Origin: Bacteroidia bacterium
GTDB taxonomy: Bacteria; Bacteroidota; Bacteroidia; NS11-12g; UBA955
DNA: 64,000 nt
Assembly: GCA_023228875.1 (NCBI GenBank)
Contig: JALOAG010000005.1
Location: 79,196 to 143,195 of the forward strand
Reading direction: 5' to 3'
How positions within the stretch are numbered: position 1 is the stretch's first letter; each line of letters starts with the position of its first letter. Below the pieces are notes generated by a model. The model made no database searches and was not told where the DNA came from. It worked only from the letters and a program-made list of their open reading frames with translations. This document shows, piece after piece, positions 1 to 8,543 of this stretch. Position numbers and translations under genes: made by a program.

Positions 1-1
1 A

Positions 2-676
2 ATGCCTATTGAACGTGTGCCTTTGATACAAAAAGAAATAGTCGAGAAGTGTCTTGCAAAAGCAAAGCCGGTTATTATAGCTACCCAAATGATGGAAAGC
101 ATGATTGAACGCTCTATTCCAACAAGAGCTGAAGTTACCGATGTGGCAAATGCTGTCATAGATGGAGCAGATGCAGTAATGTTAAGCGGAGAAACTTCTG
201 TAGGCGAAAATCCGGTCTTGGTTGTAGAAACTATGGATAAAATTATTAGAGAATTGGAAAAAGACAAAAGGGTGTATTACAAGGGGGTGAAACCGACTAA
301 TGATTCTCCAACTTTTCTTTCGGATGAAATTTGCTTTACTGCCGTACGCATGAGCGATCATATCAATGCCAAGGTAATTGCCGGTATGACAAGGTCCGGT
401 TATAACGGTCATAAACTTTCTTCTTATAGACCTGAAGCCGATATTTTTATTTTTACTGATAATCTTGTACTGCTAAATAGAATGAATTTGGTATGGGGGG
501 TGAGAGGTTTTTATTATGATAAGTTTTCAAGTACTGATGAGACATTTGCGGATGTGATTCAGGTATTAAAAAATAGAGGAGGCGTTGAAGCAGGAGACAA
601 GGTGATTCATACTGCAAGTATGCCAATCTTGAAAAAAGAACGTACAAACACCATTAAAATCACAATTGTAGATTAA
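2..676 (+). CDS. pyk: Pyruvate kinase, C-terminal part (5' end lies outside the window)
   Basis: ORF is open from the window edge. The conserved PK core '[10 protein letters not shown]...[22 protein letters not shown]' is present, followed by a C-terminal regulatory domain. Confidence 0.85.
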   Translation: MPIERVPLIQKEIVEKCLAKAKPVIIATQMMESMIERSIPTRAEVTDVANAVIDGADAVMLSGETSVGENPVLVVETMDKIIRELEKDKRVYYKGVKPTNDSPTFLSDEICFTAVRMSDHINAKVIAGMTRSGYNGHKLSSYRPEADIFIFTDNLVLLNRMNLVWGVRGFYYDKFSSTDETFADVIQVLKNRGGVEAGDKVIHTASMPILKKERTNTIKITIVD

Positions 677-690
677 GTCTATTCGACATT

Positions 691-2067
691 ATGAAAAAAT
701 TATTAGCACTTCTCTTTTTAATTCCGATGTCCATTAACGGTATTCGTGCGCAAGATGATGCCGTTGTCAAATTAATTATCACTAATAATGGTATTTATTT
801 CAATCTAAGCGACATCTTTATGTTTAGAATGAATGACGAAAAATTTGTGTTAAATATGGCTTTCCATACTCATGGCGAAGAAACAATATTATATATTCCT
901 GTTGTGCAAGGACAGACAGAGATGGTTAGGTTGTTGTATGATAATAAAGAACGGAAATACATTGATATTTTTTTACCGGATGGCGACACAACCATAGTGA
1001 AAATTGATTATCAGAAGAATGTAAAACACCCGGTTATTCTAAAAGGAAATATTAACCAAGACTACTACGAATTTATTCATAAAAAAGAAAAATATGAATC
1101 TGATTTGGATGAATTAATGAGTGCGTATTGGCGAGCAGAGGCTAAAAAAGACAAAAAAGATATTTTGAAAAAAATGGAAGAAAACAAGAAGGCATTTGAA
1201 GCAGACTACTTCTATTTTACCAAAAAAAATCAAAGGAACGTGTTGAGTGCTTATATCTATAATACGCCCATCAAAGATTTCAACTATAAAGTATCAGTAA
1301 AAGAGCATAAGAAAGATTTGATTGAAAATTACTGGAAGAATATCAATCTAACGGATACTCGATTGTTGCATACATTTCTCTACAGAGACCTTTTAGAAGA
1401 ATATATTAGTTTTTATTTTGATGAAAATTTGTCTCCTTATGAACAAGATTCAATGTTAATGGTTGGTGTAAAGAAAGCGATGGATGCGTTTTCTGAAACA
1501 GAAGCACATAGAAATTTTGCTTATAATTTCTTAATTAATGGTTTTGAATCACAACAAAATACAGAGTTAATCAGCTATATAACCATTCACTATGCCGCAC
1601 CTGAACAGTGTGATACAGAAGGGACAGAAAGTTCTGTTGATAAAGTTGCGCAAGCAAATGAAAGAATGAGACCCGGTAAACCCGCTCCCGAACTCCCTTT
1701 GCTCAATACGGATGGGTCTCCTCTCACACTGCGTGAGATTAAGTCAGATACAGTTTTGGTTTTGTTTTTTTCGAGCCAGTGTTCGCATTGCGTAAAAGCA
1801 TTGCCTGAACTTGATAAAATGATTCGCAATACACATATTCAGGTTGTAGCTGTTTCAACTGATAAGGATGAAACGGAATATAGCAGATATATCAAAAAGT
1901 ATCCCGACTGGATTCATTATTGTGATTTTCGTGCCGGTGATTCCAGACCCGTAAGAGAGTATAATATCAGCAGTACTCCGACTTTTATTCTCCTTGATAA
2001 AGATAGAAGGATCATTGACAAATACAGGACTGTTGATCAGCTTAGACAAGTCATTTTAAAAAAATGA
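691..2067 (+). CDS. Secreted TlpA/redoxin-like thiol-disulfide oxidoreductase, with an N-terminal domain of unknown function
   Basis: Signal peptide MKKLLALLFLIPMSINGIRAQ. The C-terminal ~150 aa has a thioredoxin-fold pattern with a CxxC motif (SQCSHCVKALPELDK ... VVAVSTD ... TPTFILLD). Confidence 0.65.
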   Translation: MKKLLALLFLIPMSINGIRAQDDAVVKLIITNNGIYFNLSDIFMFRMNDEKFVLNMAFHTHGEETILYIPVVQGQTEMVRLLYDNKERKYIDIFLPDGDTTIVKIDYQKNVKHPVILKGNINQDYYEFIHKKEKYESDLDELMSAYWRAEAKKDKKDILKKMEENKKAFEADYFYFTKKNQRNVLSAYIYNTPIKDFNYKVSVKEHKKDLIENYWKNINLTDTRLLHTFLYRDLLEEYISFYFDENLSPYEQDSMLMVGVKKAMDAFSETEAHRNFAYNFLINGFESQQNTELISYITIHYAAPEQCDTEGTESSVDKVAQANERMRPGKPAPELPLLNTDGSPLTLREIKSDTVLVLFFSSQCSHCVKALPELDKMIRNTHIQVVAVSTDKDETEYSRYIKKYPDWIHYCDFRAGDSRPVREYNISSTPTFILLDKDRRIIDKYRTVDQLRQVILKK

Positions 2068-2672
2068 AATCCTTATATCTATATCTGTTTTGTGCATTTA
2101 TTGTCATGCTTCAACCCGACTGCTTGTTTGCTCAAGGAGATGTATATGCACAAGGCAATATTGAAATGCGAGAAGGCAATTACCAACAGGCAGAATATTA
2201 CTATAAAATCGCTTTAGAAAGAGAACCTAAGAACGTGTTGATTAGTAACGCTTTGGGAATCTGTTTAATGGCTCAAAAGAAATATTTGGAAGCGGATAAA
2301 GTGTTTGAGTCTGCAATTGAATTGGATACTAATTATCAAACAACATTTTGGAATTTGGCTAAAAGTGCCACCTATCAACGTAAAGATAGTGTTGCAATTG
2401 ATTGGTATGAACGTTTTATCAGAGTCGCAGAAAGACAAAAGATTTCTGTTACACAAGCACACTTGAATGTTGTGATGTGTTATGAGCGGATGTTGACGAC
2501 TACCGGTATTCTCCAAGAACAGTACTATAACCTTATGCACCATGCAAACCGATTTATGGTTCTTTTCCCCGATGCACCTGAAATTAGACCTTTGCAAGAG
2601 TTTTTATCTAAATTAGCATCATCAGTCCCTGATTTTAATGTTCCTGGTCAAAGGTTTGTTTACAGGGGATAA
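2064..2672 (+). CDS. TPR-repeat protein with signal peptide
   Basis: Signal peptide followed by the TPR-like pattern 'YYKIALEREPKNVLISNALGICLMAQKKYLEADKVFESAIELD'. There is a 4-nt overlap with the upstream gene. Confidence 0.5.
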   Translation: MKSLYLYLFCAFIVMLQPDCLFAQGDVYAQGNIEMREGNYQQAEYYYKIALEREPKNVLISNALGICLMAQKKYLEADKVFESAIELDTNYQTTFWNLAKSATYQRKDSVAIDWYERFIRVAERQKISVTQAHLNVVMCYERMLTTTGILQEQYYNLMHHANRFMVLFPDAPEIRPLQEFLSKLASSVPDFNVPGQRFVYRG

Positions 2673-2787
2673 GCCATTTTTAATTCATTCGTTTTAATAC
2701 AAAATCCCAATTTATTCTGTTGAAATAAAATAGGATACACATGATTAATGAGTAATTTTGCGCAGCAAATTATAAATAAAAGCACAC

Positions 2788-4134
2788 GTGGGAAATATCA
2801 CAATGATAGGGCAGTTGATTGCAGCTTTGGCAATCTTGGTTACACTGCATGAATTAGGACACTTTTTAGCAGCTAGAGCATTCGGAATCAAAGTCGAAAA
2901 ATTTTATCTCTTTTTTGATGCATGGGGAATTAAGCTTTTTAAGTTTAAGAAAGGCGACACTGAATATGGTATTGGTTGGCTGCCTTTGGGAGGCTATGTA
3001 AAGATTGCCGGTATGATTGATGAGTCGCTCGATACTAAGCAACTGAAAAGCGAGCCGCAAGCATGGGAATTTAGAGCTAAACCTGCATGGCAACGATTGA
3101 TTGTGATGGTTGCAGGAGTTGTTGTGAATCTGATATTGGGTATTTTTCTCTTCTCCATGGGGATTTTTGGATATGGTGATGAGTATTTACCTATGAAAGC
3201 CATCAATGAAAATGGAGGTATTGCGGTTTCCGAAATGGGAAGACAATTTGGCTTTGAGACCGGTGATAAAATAATTAGTGCAAATGGTACTCAGATTAAG
3301 AAGATTGAAAGTCTGTTTGCATCTGATATCATGTTGGCAGATAAAATTGAAATAGAAATTGAGCGTAACGGACAAGTTCAAACGTTGACAATGCCCAAGG
3401 ATTACATGAATACAATTTCAGCAAACAAAAACGAATTGCCTTTCTTTGCTCGTTATCCTTTGTGGGTTGATTCAGTGTTGACAGAGTCACCTGCCGCTAA
3501 AGCCGGTTTGCAGAAAGGAGACAAAATCAAAGGATTTATTCTTGATAAGGACAAAACAGTCCAGGTGCAATACCAAGATGAGTTGGCACCAGCATTGAAT
3601 GACTTTGCAAATAAGCCAATAATGGTAATGATTCAAAGAGGAAGCAATGATTTGTCTCTGCCGATTATGGTTGATTCTACATTGAAGTTGGGATTTCTTG
3701 TTCAGAATGTTTATGCTGACAAAGTTGAAAAGGTTTATTATGGATTAGGAGAGTCTTTTGTTTTAGGGACTACCCGTTCTTTTGGGCTGATAATAGCCAA
3801 TGCAAAAGGATTGGGTCAAGTGATTACTGGTAAAATTAAAGCACAAAATGCCCTTCAAGGACCTGTTGCTATTGCTACATACTTTGGAAAAGTGTGGGAC
3901 TGGCAAAGGTTTTGGAATTTAACAGCAATCCTCTCACTTATTCTTGCTTTTATGAATTTGTTGCCAATTCCGGCATTGGATGGCGGACACGTATTTTTTC
4001 TATTGATTGAAATGATTATAGGCAGACCCGTAAATGAAAAAATTATGCATGCAGCGCAAGTTGCCGGAATGATAATCTTGATGGCGTTGATGGTGTTTGT
4101 CATAGGAAATGACATTTTTAGGTTGTTTAAATAG
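2788..4134 (+). CDS. rseP: RIP zinc metalloprotease RseP (site-2 protease)
   Basis: HELGHF zinc motif sits in the first TM helix. Internal PDZ-like segments are present. The C-terminus has LDGGH followed by TM helices, which is the typical S2P architecture. Confidence 0.85.
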   Translation: MGNITMIGQLIAALAILVTLHELGHFLAARAFGIKVEKFYLFFDAWGIKLFKFKKGDTEYGIGWLPLGGYVKIAGMIDESLDTKQLKSEPQAWEFRAKPAWQRLIVMVAGVVVNLILGIFLFSMGIFGYGDEYLPMKAINENGGIAVSEMGRQFGFETGDKIISANGTQIKKIESLFASDIMLADKIEIEIERNGQVQTLTMPKDYMNTISANKNELPFFARYPLWVDSVLTESPAAKAGLQKGDKIKGFILDKDKTVQVQYQDELAPALNDFANKPIMVMIQRGSNDLSLPIMVDSTLKLGFLVQNVYADKVEKVYYGLGESFVLGTTRSFGLIIANAKGLGQVITGKIKAQNALQGPVAIATYFGKVWDWQRFWNLTAILSLILAFMNLLPIPALDGGHVFFLLIEMIIGRPVNEKIMHAAQVAGMIILMALMVFVIGNDIFRLFK

Positions 4135-4142
4135 TGTGAGCA

Positions 4143-4655
4143 ATGGATACAAGCAATTATTTTCGTTTTTATGGTTTTGAACCGGAGTTTGAAATTGACG
4201 AAAAGTTGTTAAGAGAAAAGTTTCTTCAAATAAATCGAGACTTTCACCCTGACTTTTTTGCCTTAAATCCTGAAAAACAACAAGAGGCACTTGAAATATC
4301 TTCATATAATAACGATGCTTTCAAAACATTAGAAACATTTGAAAAAAGAGTTGCTTATTATCTGAGTTTATACGGTTTATATGATAAAGAAAGCAAAGCC
4401 GAACTCCCCCCTGGTTTTTTAATGGAAGTCATAGATTTGAATGAAGAAGTGGCTGATGCGAAAATGGAGGATAATGCAGAAGCAATAAATGCAGTCAAAA
4501 ATAAATTAGCTGACCTTATGCAAAATTGTATCGCTGAGTTAAAAAAGATGGGATCGCAACTAAAAGGAAATAGTAAAAGAGAGGTGTTGCATCAAGAAGC
4601 CAAAACCGAATTTCAGAAGTACAAATATTTTAGTCGTTTGTTGTCAAAAATCTAA
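4143..4655 (+). CDS. hscB: HscB-like J-domain co-chaperone
   Basis: N-terminal J-like segment carries an HPD motif (FHPDFF) and is followed by a helical C-terminal domain. The length, ~170 aa, matches HscB. Confidence 0.5.
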   Translation: MDTSNYFRFYGFEPEFEIDEKLLREKFLQINRDFHPDFFALNPEKQQEALEISSYNNDAFKTLETFEKRVAYYLSLYGLYDKESKAELPPGFLMEVIDLNEEVADAKMEDNAEAINAVKNKLADLMQNCIAELKKMGSQLKGNSKREVLHQEAKTEFQKYKYFSRLLSKI

Positions 4656-4721
4656 TTCTATGCAATATTTCATTTTGCTAAATACGAATTTTGCAGAGAA
4701 TTATAGGTTAATTTTGCTTCC

Positions 4722-5192
4722 ATGAGAATTATAATTGCATTATTCCTATTGTCAGTTGCTGTAACGTCTTGCGATTCAAAGACTTTAATCAATGAAAAGT
4801 CCTACCTGCCTGAGTCAGGTTGGTCTTATGATAATATACCGTCTTTCCCTTTTGTAATTGAAGATACGTCAATTTGCTATAATGTGGGATTGAACCTGCA
4901 AATCACAGAGGAATATAAATACCGAAATATATACATGCTTGTACACTTGCGCGATCCGGACAGCAAAGATGTGGTAAATAGGATTGAACTGGATTTGGCT
5001 TCAGTTGAAGGTAAATGGTTGGGAAGTGGTTCAGGGAGCACTAAGTCATATAATCTGCCAATTAGCCAAGATTTATGTCTTAAAAAAATTGGAAGATATG
5101 CAATTGGATTTGAGCAAAATATGCGTGATACAGTCTTGCAGAATGTAAAATATGTTGGTGCATCAATCTCAAAAGGGAATCCGGTATTTTAA
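4722..5192 (+). CDS. Small lipoprotein (possibly GldH-family gliding-associated lipoprotein)
   Basis: Lipobox (LLSVAVTSC) and a size of 156 aa. The GldH assignment is a guess from size and architecture only. Confidence 0.4.
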   Translation: MRIIIALFLLSVAVTSCDSKTLINEKSYLPESGWSYDNIPSFPFVIEDTSICYNVGLNLQITEEYKYRNIYMLVHLRDPDSKDVVNRIELDLASVEGKWLGSGSGSTKSYNLPISQDLCLKKIGRYAIGFEQNMRDTVLQNVKYVGASISKGNPVF

Positions 5193-5205
5193 TGATGCTT
5201 TCTGA

Positions 5206-5820
5206 ATGCCACTCATTTATCAATCTGAAATAAAAAACAAGGCGGTTGTTGGCGTATGGCATATCCAAGAACCCATTTCTTTTTTTCTTGAACAACTCAA
5301 CGAAAATCAGGTTCCTGATGAAAAGTTAGAGAGCCGTAAGTTTGAAAAATTGGGAACAAGCTATTTGTTGAATGTTTTAGCAAAAAGAAGTATTCACCAT
5401 ACTGTGGTGTATGATACATTTGGTAAACCTTTTTTAGAGGATAGTGCTGATTCAGTTTCATTTTCACACAAGAAAAATCATGTAGCTGTCATGCTTGCTA
5501 ATGATAAACTATTGCCGGGAATTGACATAGAAACTGTTTGCAACTTGCCGGTAAAACTTGCTCCAAAGTTTGTATCAGATAATGACATAATCCCGGATGG
5601 AATTTTAACTGTTGATCAAAAATTTACTTTAATCTGGGCTGCAAAAGAATCTTTATACAAAGTGTATGGAAGAAAGGAACTTGATTTCAGGAAAAATATG
5701 AGTGTACACTTTAAGAGCCCGAATCAACTGGTTGGATTTGTAGAAAAGGATGCAGTAACAATGCAACTTCAGTTACGGTATGAGTTTATTAATAATTTAG
5801 TCTTAGTACATACTCTTTAA
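5206..5820 (+). CDS. 4'-phosphopantetheinyl transferase (Sfp-type)
   Basis: GIDIE and WAAKESLYK (W..KEA..K) motifs are present. Length ~200 aa. Confidence 0.7.
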   Translation: MPLIYQSEIKNKAVVGVWHIQEPISFFLEQLNENQVPDEKLESRKFEKLGTSYLLNVLAKRSIHHTVVYDTFGKPFLEDSADSVSFSHKKNHVAVMLANDKLLPGIDIETVCNLPVKLAPKFVSDNDIIPDGILTVDQKFTLIWAAKESLYKVYGRKELDFRKNMSVHFKSPNQLVGFVEKDAVTMQLQLRYEFINNLVLVHTL

Positions 5821-5832
5821 GGACGTAAATAC

Positions 5833-5988
5833 TTAACTTCTTTTATCCTTGTTTTTCAACCAAATTCTAAAGATGATAAACATGAGGATAGGGACGCCAA
5901 TATAAAAGAGGATGTTATACCATTTACTAAAATCAACCGGTCCGAAAGCATCTGGCTTGGGAGCATCTGTTGGGATTTGAAAAAACAT
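5833..5988 (-). CDS. Unannotated small ORF encoding a 51-aa single-TM protein
   Basis: ATG...TAA ORF on the minus strand that is absent from the ORF track because it is under 60 aa. Product is MFFQIPTDAPKPDAFGPVDFSKWYNILFYIGVPILMFIIFRIWLKNKDKRS, with a C-terminal hydrophobic helix and a KNKDKR tail. It sits in an otherwise empty 295-bp gap. Confidence 0.25.
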   Translation of the reverse strand: MFFQIPTDAPKPDAFGPVDFSKWYNILFYIGVPILMFIIFRIWLKNKDKRS

Positions 5989-6115
5989 GATTGTGAAAGA
6001 TTTGCTGCAATACTATGACAAATAAGAACATTGTTTAGAACATTTTCTTCATGAGTGAAAAATAATTAGGCTAACATATTGAAATATAGAGTTATTTTGA
6101 CCCTTCTTCTAACCT

Positions 6116-6934
6116 ATGTTTGAACAAATAGTTAAGTATTTAGAAACAATAGATCCAATTATGGCTGCGCTGTTAGCCACTTTGTTCACTTGGTTTCTAA
6201 CTGCATTGGGTGCTGCAATGGTTTTTCTTTTTAAAACCATGAACAAAGTAGTGATGGATGGGATGTTAGGCTTTACAGGTGGTGTGATGATTGCTGCAAG
6301 TTGTTGGAGTTTGTTAATTCCGGCAATTGAAATGTCATCCGGAGAAGGTTTTATAAAGGTATTGCCTGCTGCAATTGGTCTTTCAATCGGAGCAATTTTT
6401 CTTTTTTCTTTAGATAAATTATTACCTCATCTACACATAAGCACAAAAATCACTGAAGGGGTCAAAACTCCTTGGCAAAGGACAACTTTGTTAATTTTAG
6501 CAATAACCATGCATAATATACCGGAAGGGTTGGCGGTGGGAGTACTCTTTGGAGGTGTAGCTGCAGGAATACCGGAAGCTACAATACCCGCAGCTGTTAT
6601 ATTAGCAATAGGTATTGGGATTCAAAATTTCCCCGAAGGCATTGCTGTCGCGCTTCCTTTGCGAAGATTAGGTATGAGCAGGAGAAAAAGTTTCTTCTAC
6701 GGACAAGCATCTGCTATCGTAGAACCAATTGCAGGTTTCTTAGGTGCTTGGGCTATTACCTTTTTTACACCTGTTTTGCCCTATGCGCTTTCTTTTGCCG
6801 CAGGTGCAATGATATACGTTGTTGTTGAGGAGGTTATACCGGAAACTCAGCAAAATAACAATACAGATGTTGCAACACTTGGTTTTATTGTTGGTTTTAT
6901 AGTGATGATGGTGTTGGATGTCGCTCTTGGATAA
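6116..6934 (+). CDS. zupT: ZIP-family divalent metal (zinc) transporter
   Basis: Eight predicted TM helices and an HNIPEGLAVG signature. A second 'NFPEGIAVA' motif is present. Confidence 0.8.
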   Translation: MFEQIVKYLETIDPIMAALLATLFTWFLTALGAAMVFLFKTMNKVVMDGMLGFTGGVMIAASCWSLLIPAIEMSSGEGFIKVLPAAIGLSIGAIFLFSLDKLLPHLHISTKITEGVKTPWQRTTLLILAITMHNIPEGLAVGVLFGGVAAGIPEATIPAAVILAIGIGIQNFPEGIAVALPLRRLGMSRRKSFFYGQASAIVEPIAGFLGAWAITFFTPVLPYALSFAAGAMIYVVVEEVIPETQQNNNTDVATLGFIVGFIVMMVLDVALG

Positions 6935-6961
6935 CGATTCCGCAGCGCCCGCTGATCTGCT

Positions 6962-7966
6962 TTATGATTTTATTAGATTGCCAATAAATACATTGTCTCC
7001 TGATATTATTTTGATGTAATACACACCAGGCGCAAGTTCAGAGCCTTCAATTGTTAATTTACCATTCTCAGTTGCTTTTGATGTATATGACATTTGAAGC
7101 TTTCCCTCTATATTAAGTACTTGTATCATTGTTGATTTGTTGTAAGTTTCAGGAAGTGTAACAGTAAACTCATTTGTGAATGGATTGGGATATAAAACCG
7201 GCTTATTTAAATTTTGTTTTTGATGAAATACAATTGTCTTATAACCAATATGATTTCTACTTCCATCCATATCCACTTGGTAGATTGAATAATAAGTCAG
7301 TGTACTTGTTAAAAAGTCTTTAAAATTATAAGTATGATTAGCATAAGAAGTGCCATGTCCCTGAACAGTTCCAATTTGTTTCCACGCTTCATCTCCTATC
7401 TTCTTAAAAACTTCAAAATGACTGTTATTTGTTTCTTGGGCGGTTGTCCATGTGAGGGATGCATGGTTGTTGATAATTTCGGCACTAAAGTCAATCAGTT
7501 CAACCGGTAGAGGCGAATAATTAAAACTTACGGTCTGGTAAGGAATTCCTACGCCACTAATAGCAATTTTCACTTGAGTACAAAAAGAAGCGTTATATCC
7601 TGAACAGTTTCCGTTGATAAAAGAATGTCCCCCTGAGGTTGAAGTGTTTGTTTGTCCAGAACCACCGCCTTTTGGTAAGCTGAAAGACATAATTGAATTA
7701 TCACATTGAATAGTCCCTTGTAAAGTATAGAGAGTTATGGGTGAAATTGTAGTACCTGAACTATTGTGAAAAGAAATTTTGTAGTCAATTTCTGCTCTGT
7801 TAAAAGTACAGTCTCCACCTGTAGGGGTAACAATCAAATCTACTCCCAATACCGTAATTTCTACATAGTCCCCACTGGAAGAATAGACTTTAGTACTGTT
7901 TTGAGAGTAAATAGGGTGAATCAATAGACTGAGGAATAGAATTGATAAAATGTTCTTTAATGACAT
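6962..7966 (-). CDS. Secreted protein with C-terminal T9SS (Por) sorting domain
   Basis: Signal peptide present. The C-terminal ~80 aa reads 'LYPNPFTNEFTVTLPE...YYIKIISGDNVFIGNLIKS', which is typical of a type-A T9SS CTD. Confidence 0.6.
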   Translation of the reverse strand: MSLKNILSILFLSLLIHPIYSQNSTKVYSSSGDYVEITVLGVDLIVTPTGGDCTFNRAEIDYKISFHNSSGTTISPITLYTLQGTIQCDNSIMSFSLPKGGGSGQTNTSTSGGHSFINGNCSGYNASFCTQVKIAISGVGIPYQTVSFNYSPLPVELIDFSAEIINNHASLTWTTAQETNNSHFEVFKKIGDEAWKQIGTVQGHGTSYANHTYNFKDFLTSTLTYYSIYQVDMDGSRNHIGYKTIVFHQKQNLNKPVLYPNPFTNEFTVTLPETYNKSTMIQVLNIEGKLQMSYTSKATENGKLTIEGSELAPGVYYIKIISGDNVFIGNLIKS

Positions 7967-8271
7967 AGTTTGGTTTTTAAGTTTATATAAAAGTATTTAG
8001 TTGTGCAATCATTTATGATTAGTAAAAAAAGCGTGCGAAGCTATGGTTTTACCAGGTATTTGTGTGTTTTTATTCTATAAATTGATAAAAATATGCCATG
8101 ATTTCATGTGATGTAACCAATTGACAGTCAGTTGTGTAATAGAAGGGTTAATTTATTGTGTTTAAGGAAAGAGATGAAAAGGAGTTTAATCAAGATACAA
8201 ATCACTCAAATCGACTATAATAGGATAGATTGTAGAAGTTTGAATACCTTTGCAGTTCAATTTAGAAAAGT

Positions 8272-8511
8272 ATGAGCGATCATCAAATGATAATAAAAGT
8301 TGACGGAATGACTTGCAGTAATTGTGCGCGTTCTGTTGAAGGTGCTGTAACGAGTAAGGGTGGAAAGAATGTTGCAGTATACCTGGCTGATAAAGAAGTA
8401 GTGTTTAATCTTTCTCACGATGTTACCTTAGACGAAGTGAAGGCTGCAATTGAGGATAGAGGTTACAAAGTTCTTGAAGATATTAAGCCCAAAGACGAAA
8501 AAAAAAACTAA
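8272..8511 (+). CDS. copZ: Heavy-metal-associated (HMA) domain protein, CopZ-like copper chaperone
   Basis: GMTCSNCARSVE metal-binding MxCxxC motif in a 79-aa protein. The ORF ends inside an A10 tract at 8498-8507. Confidence 0.75.
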   Translation: MSDHQMIIKVDGMTCSNCARSVEGAVTSKGGKNVAVYLADKEVVFNLSHDVTLDEVKAAIEDRGYKVLEDIKPKDEKKN

Positions 8512-8543
8512 GTCCTTTACAAACCAAGTTTCTTATTAGTCTG

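Noticed and set aside
4722-5192. A firm GldH (gliding motility) assignment for the 156-aa lipoprotein
   Set aside because: Only the size and the lipoprotein signal match. I could not verify family-specific motifs from memory, so the call is kept generic at low confidence.
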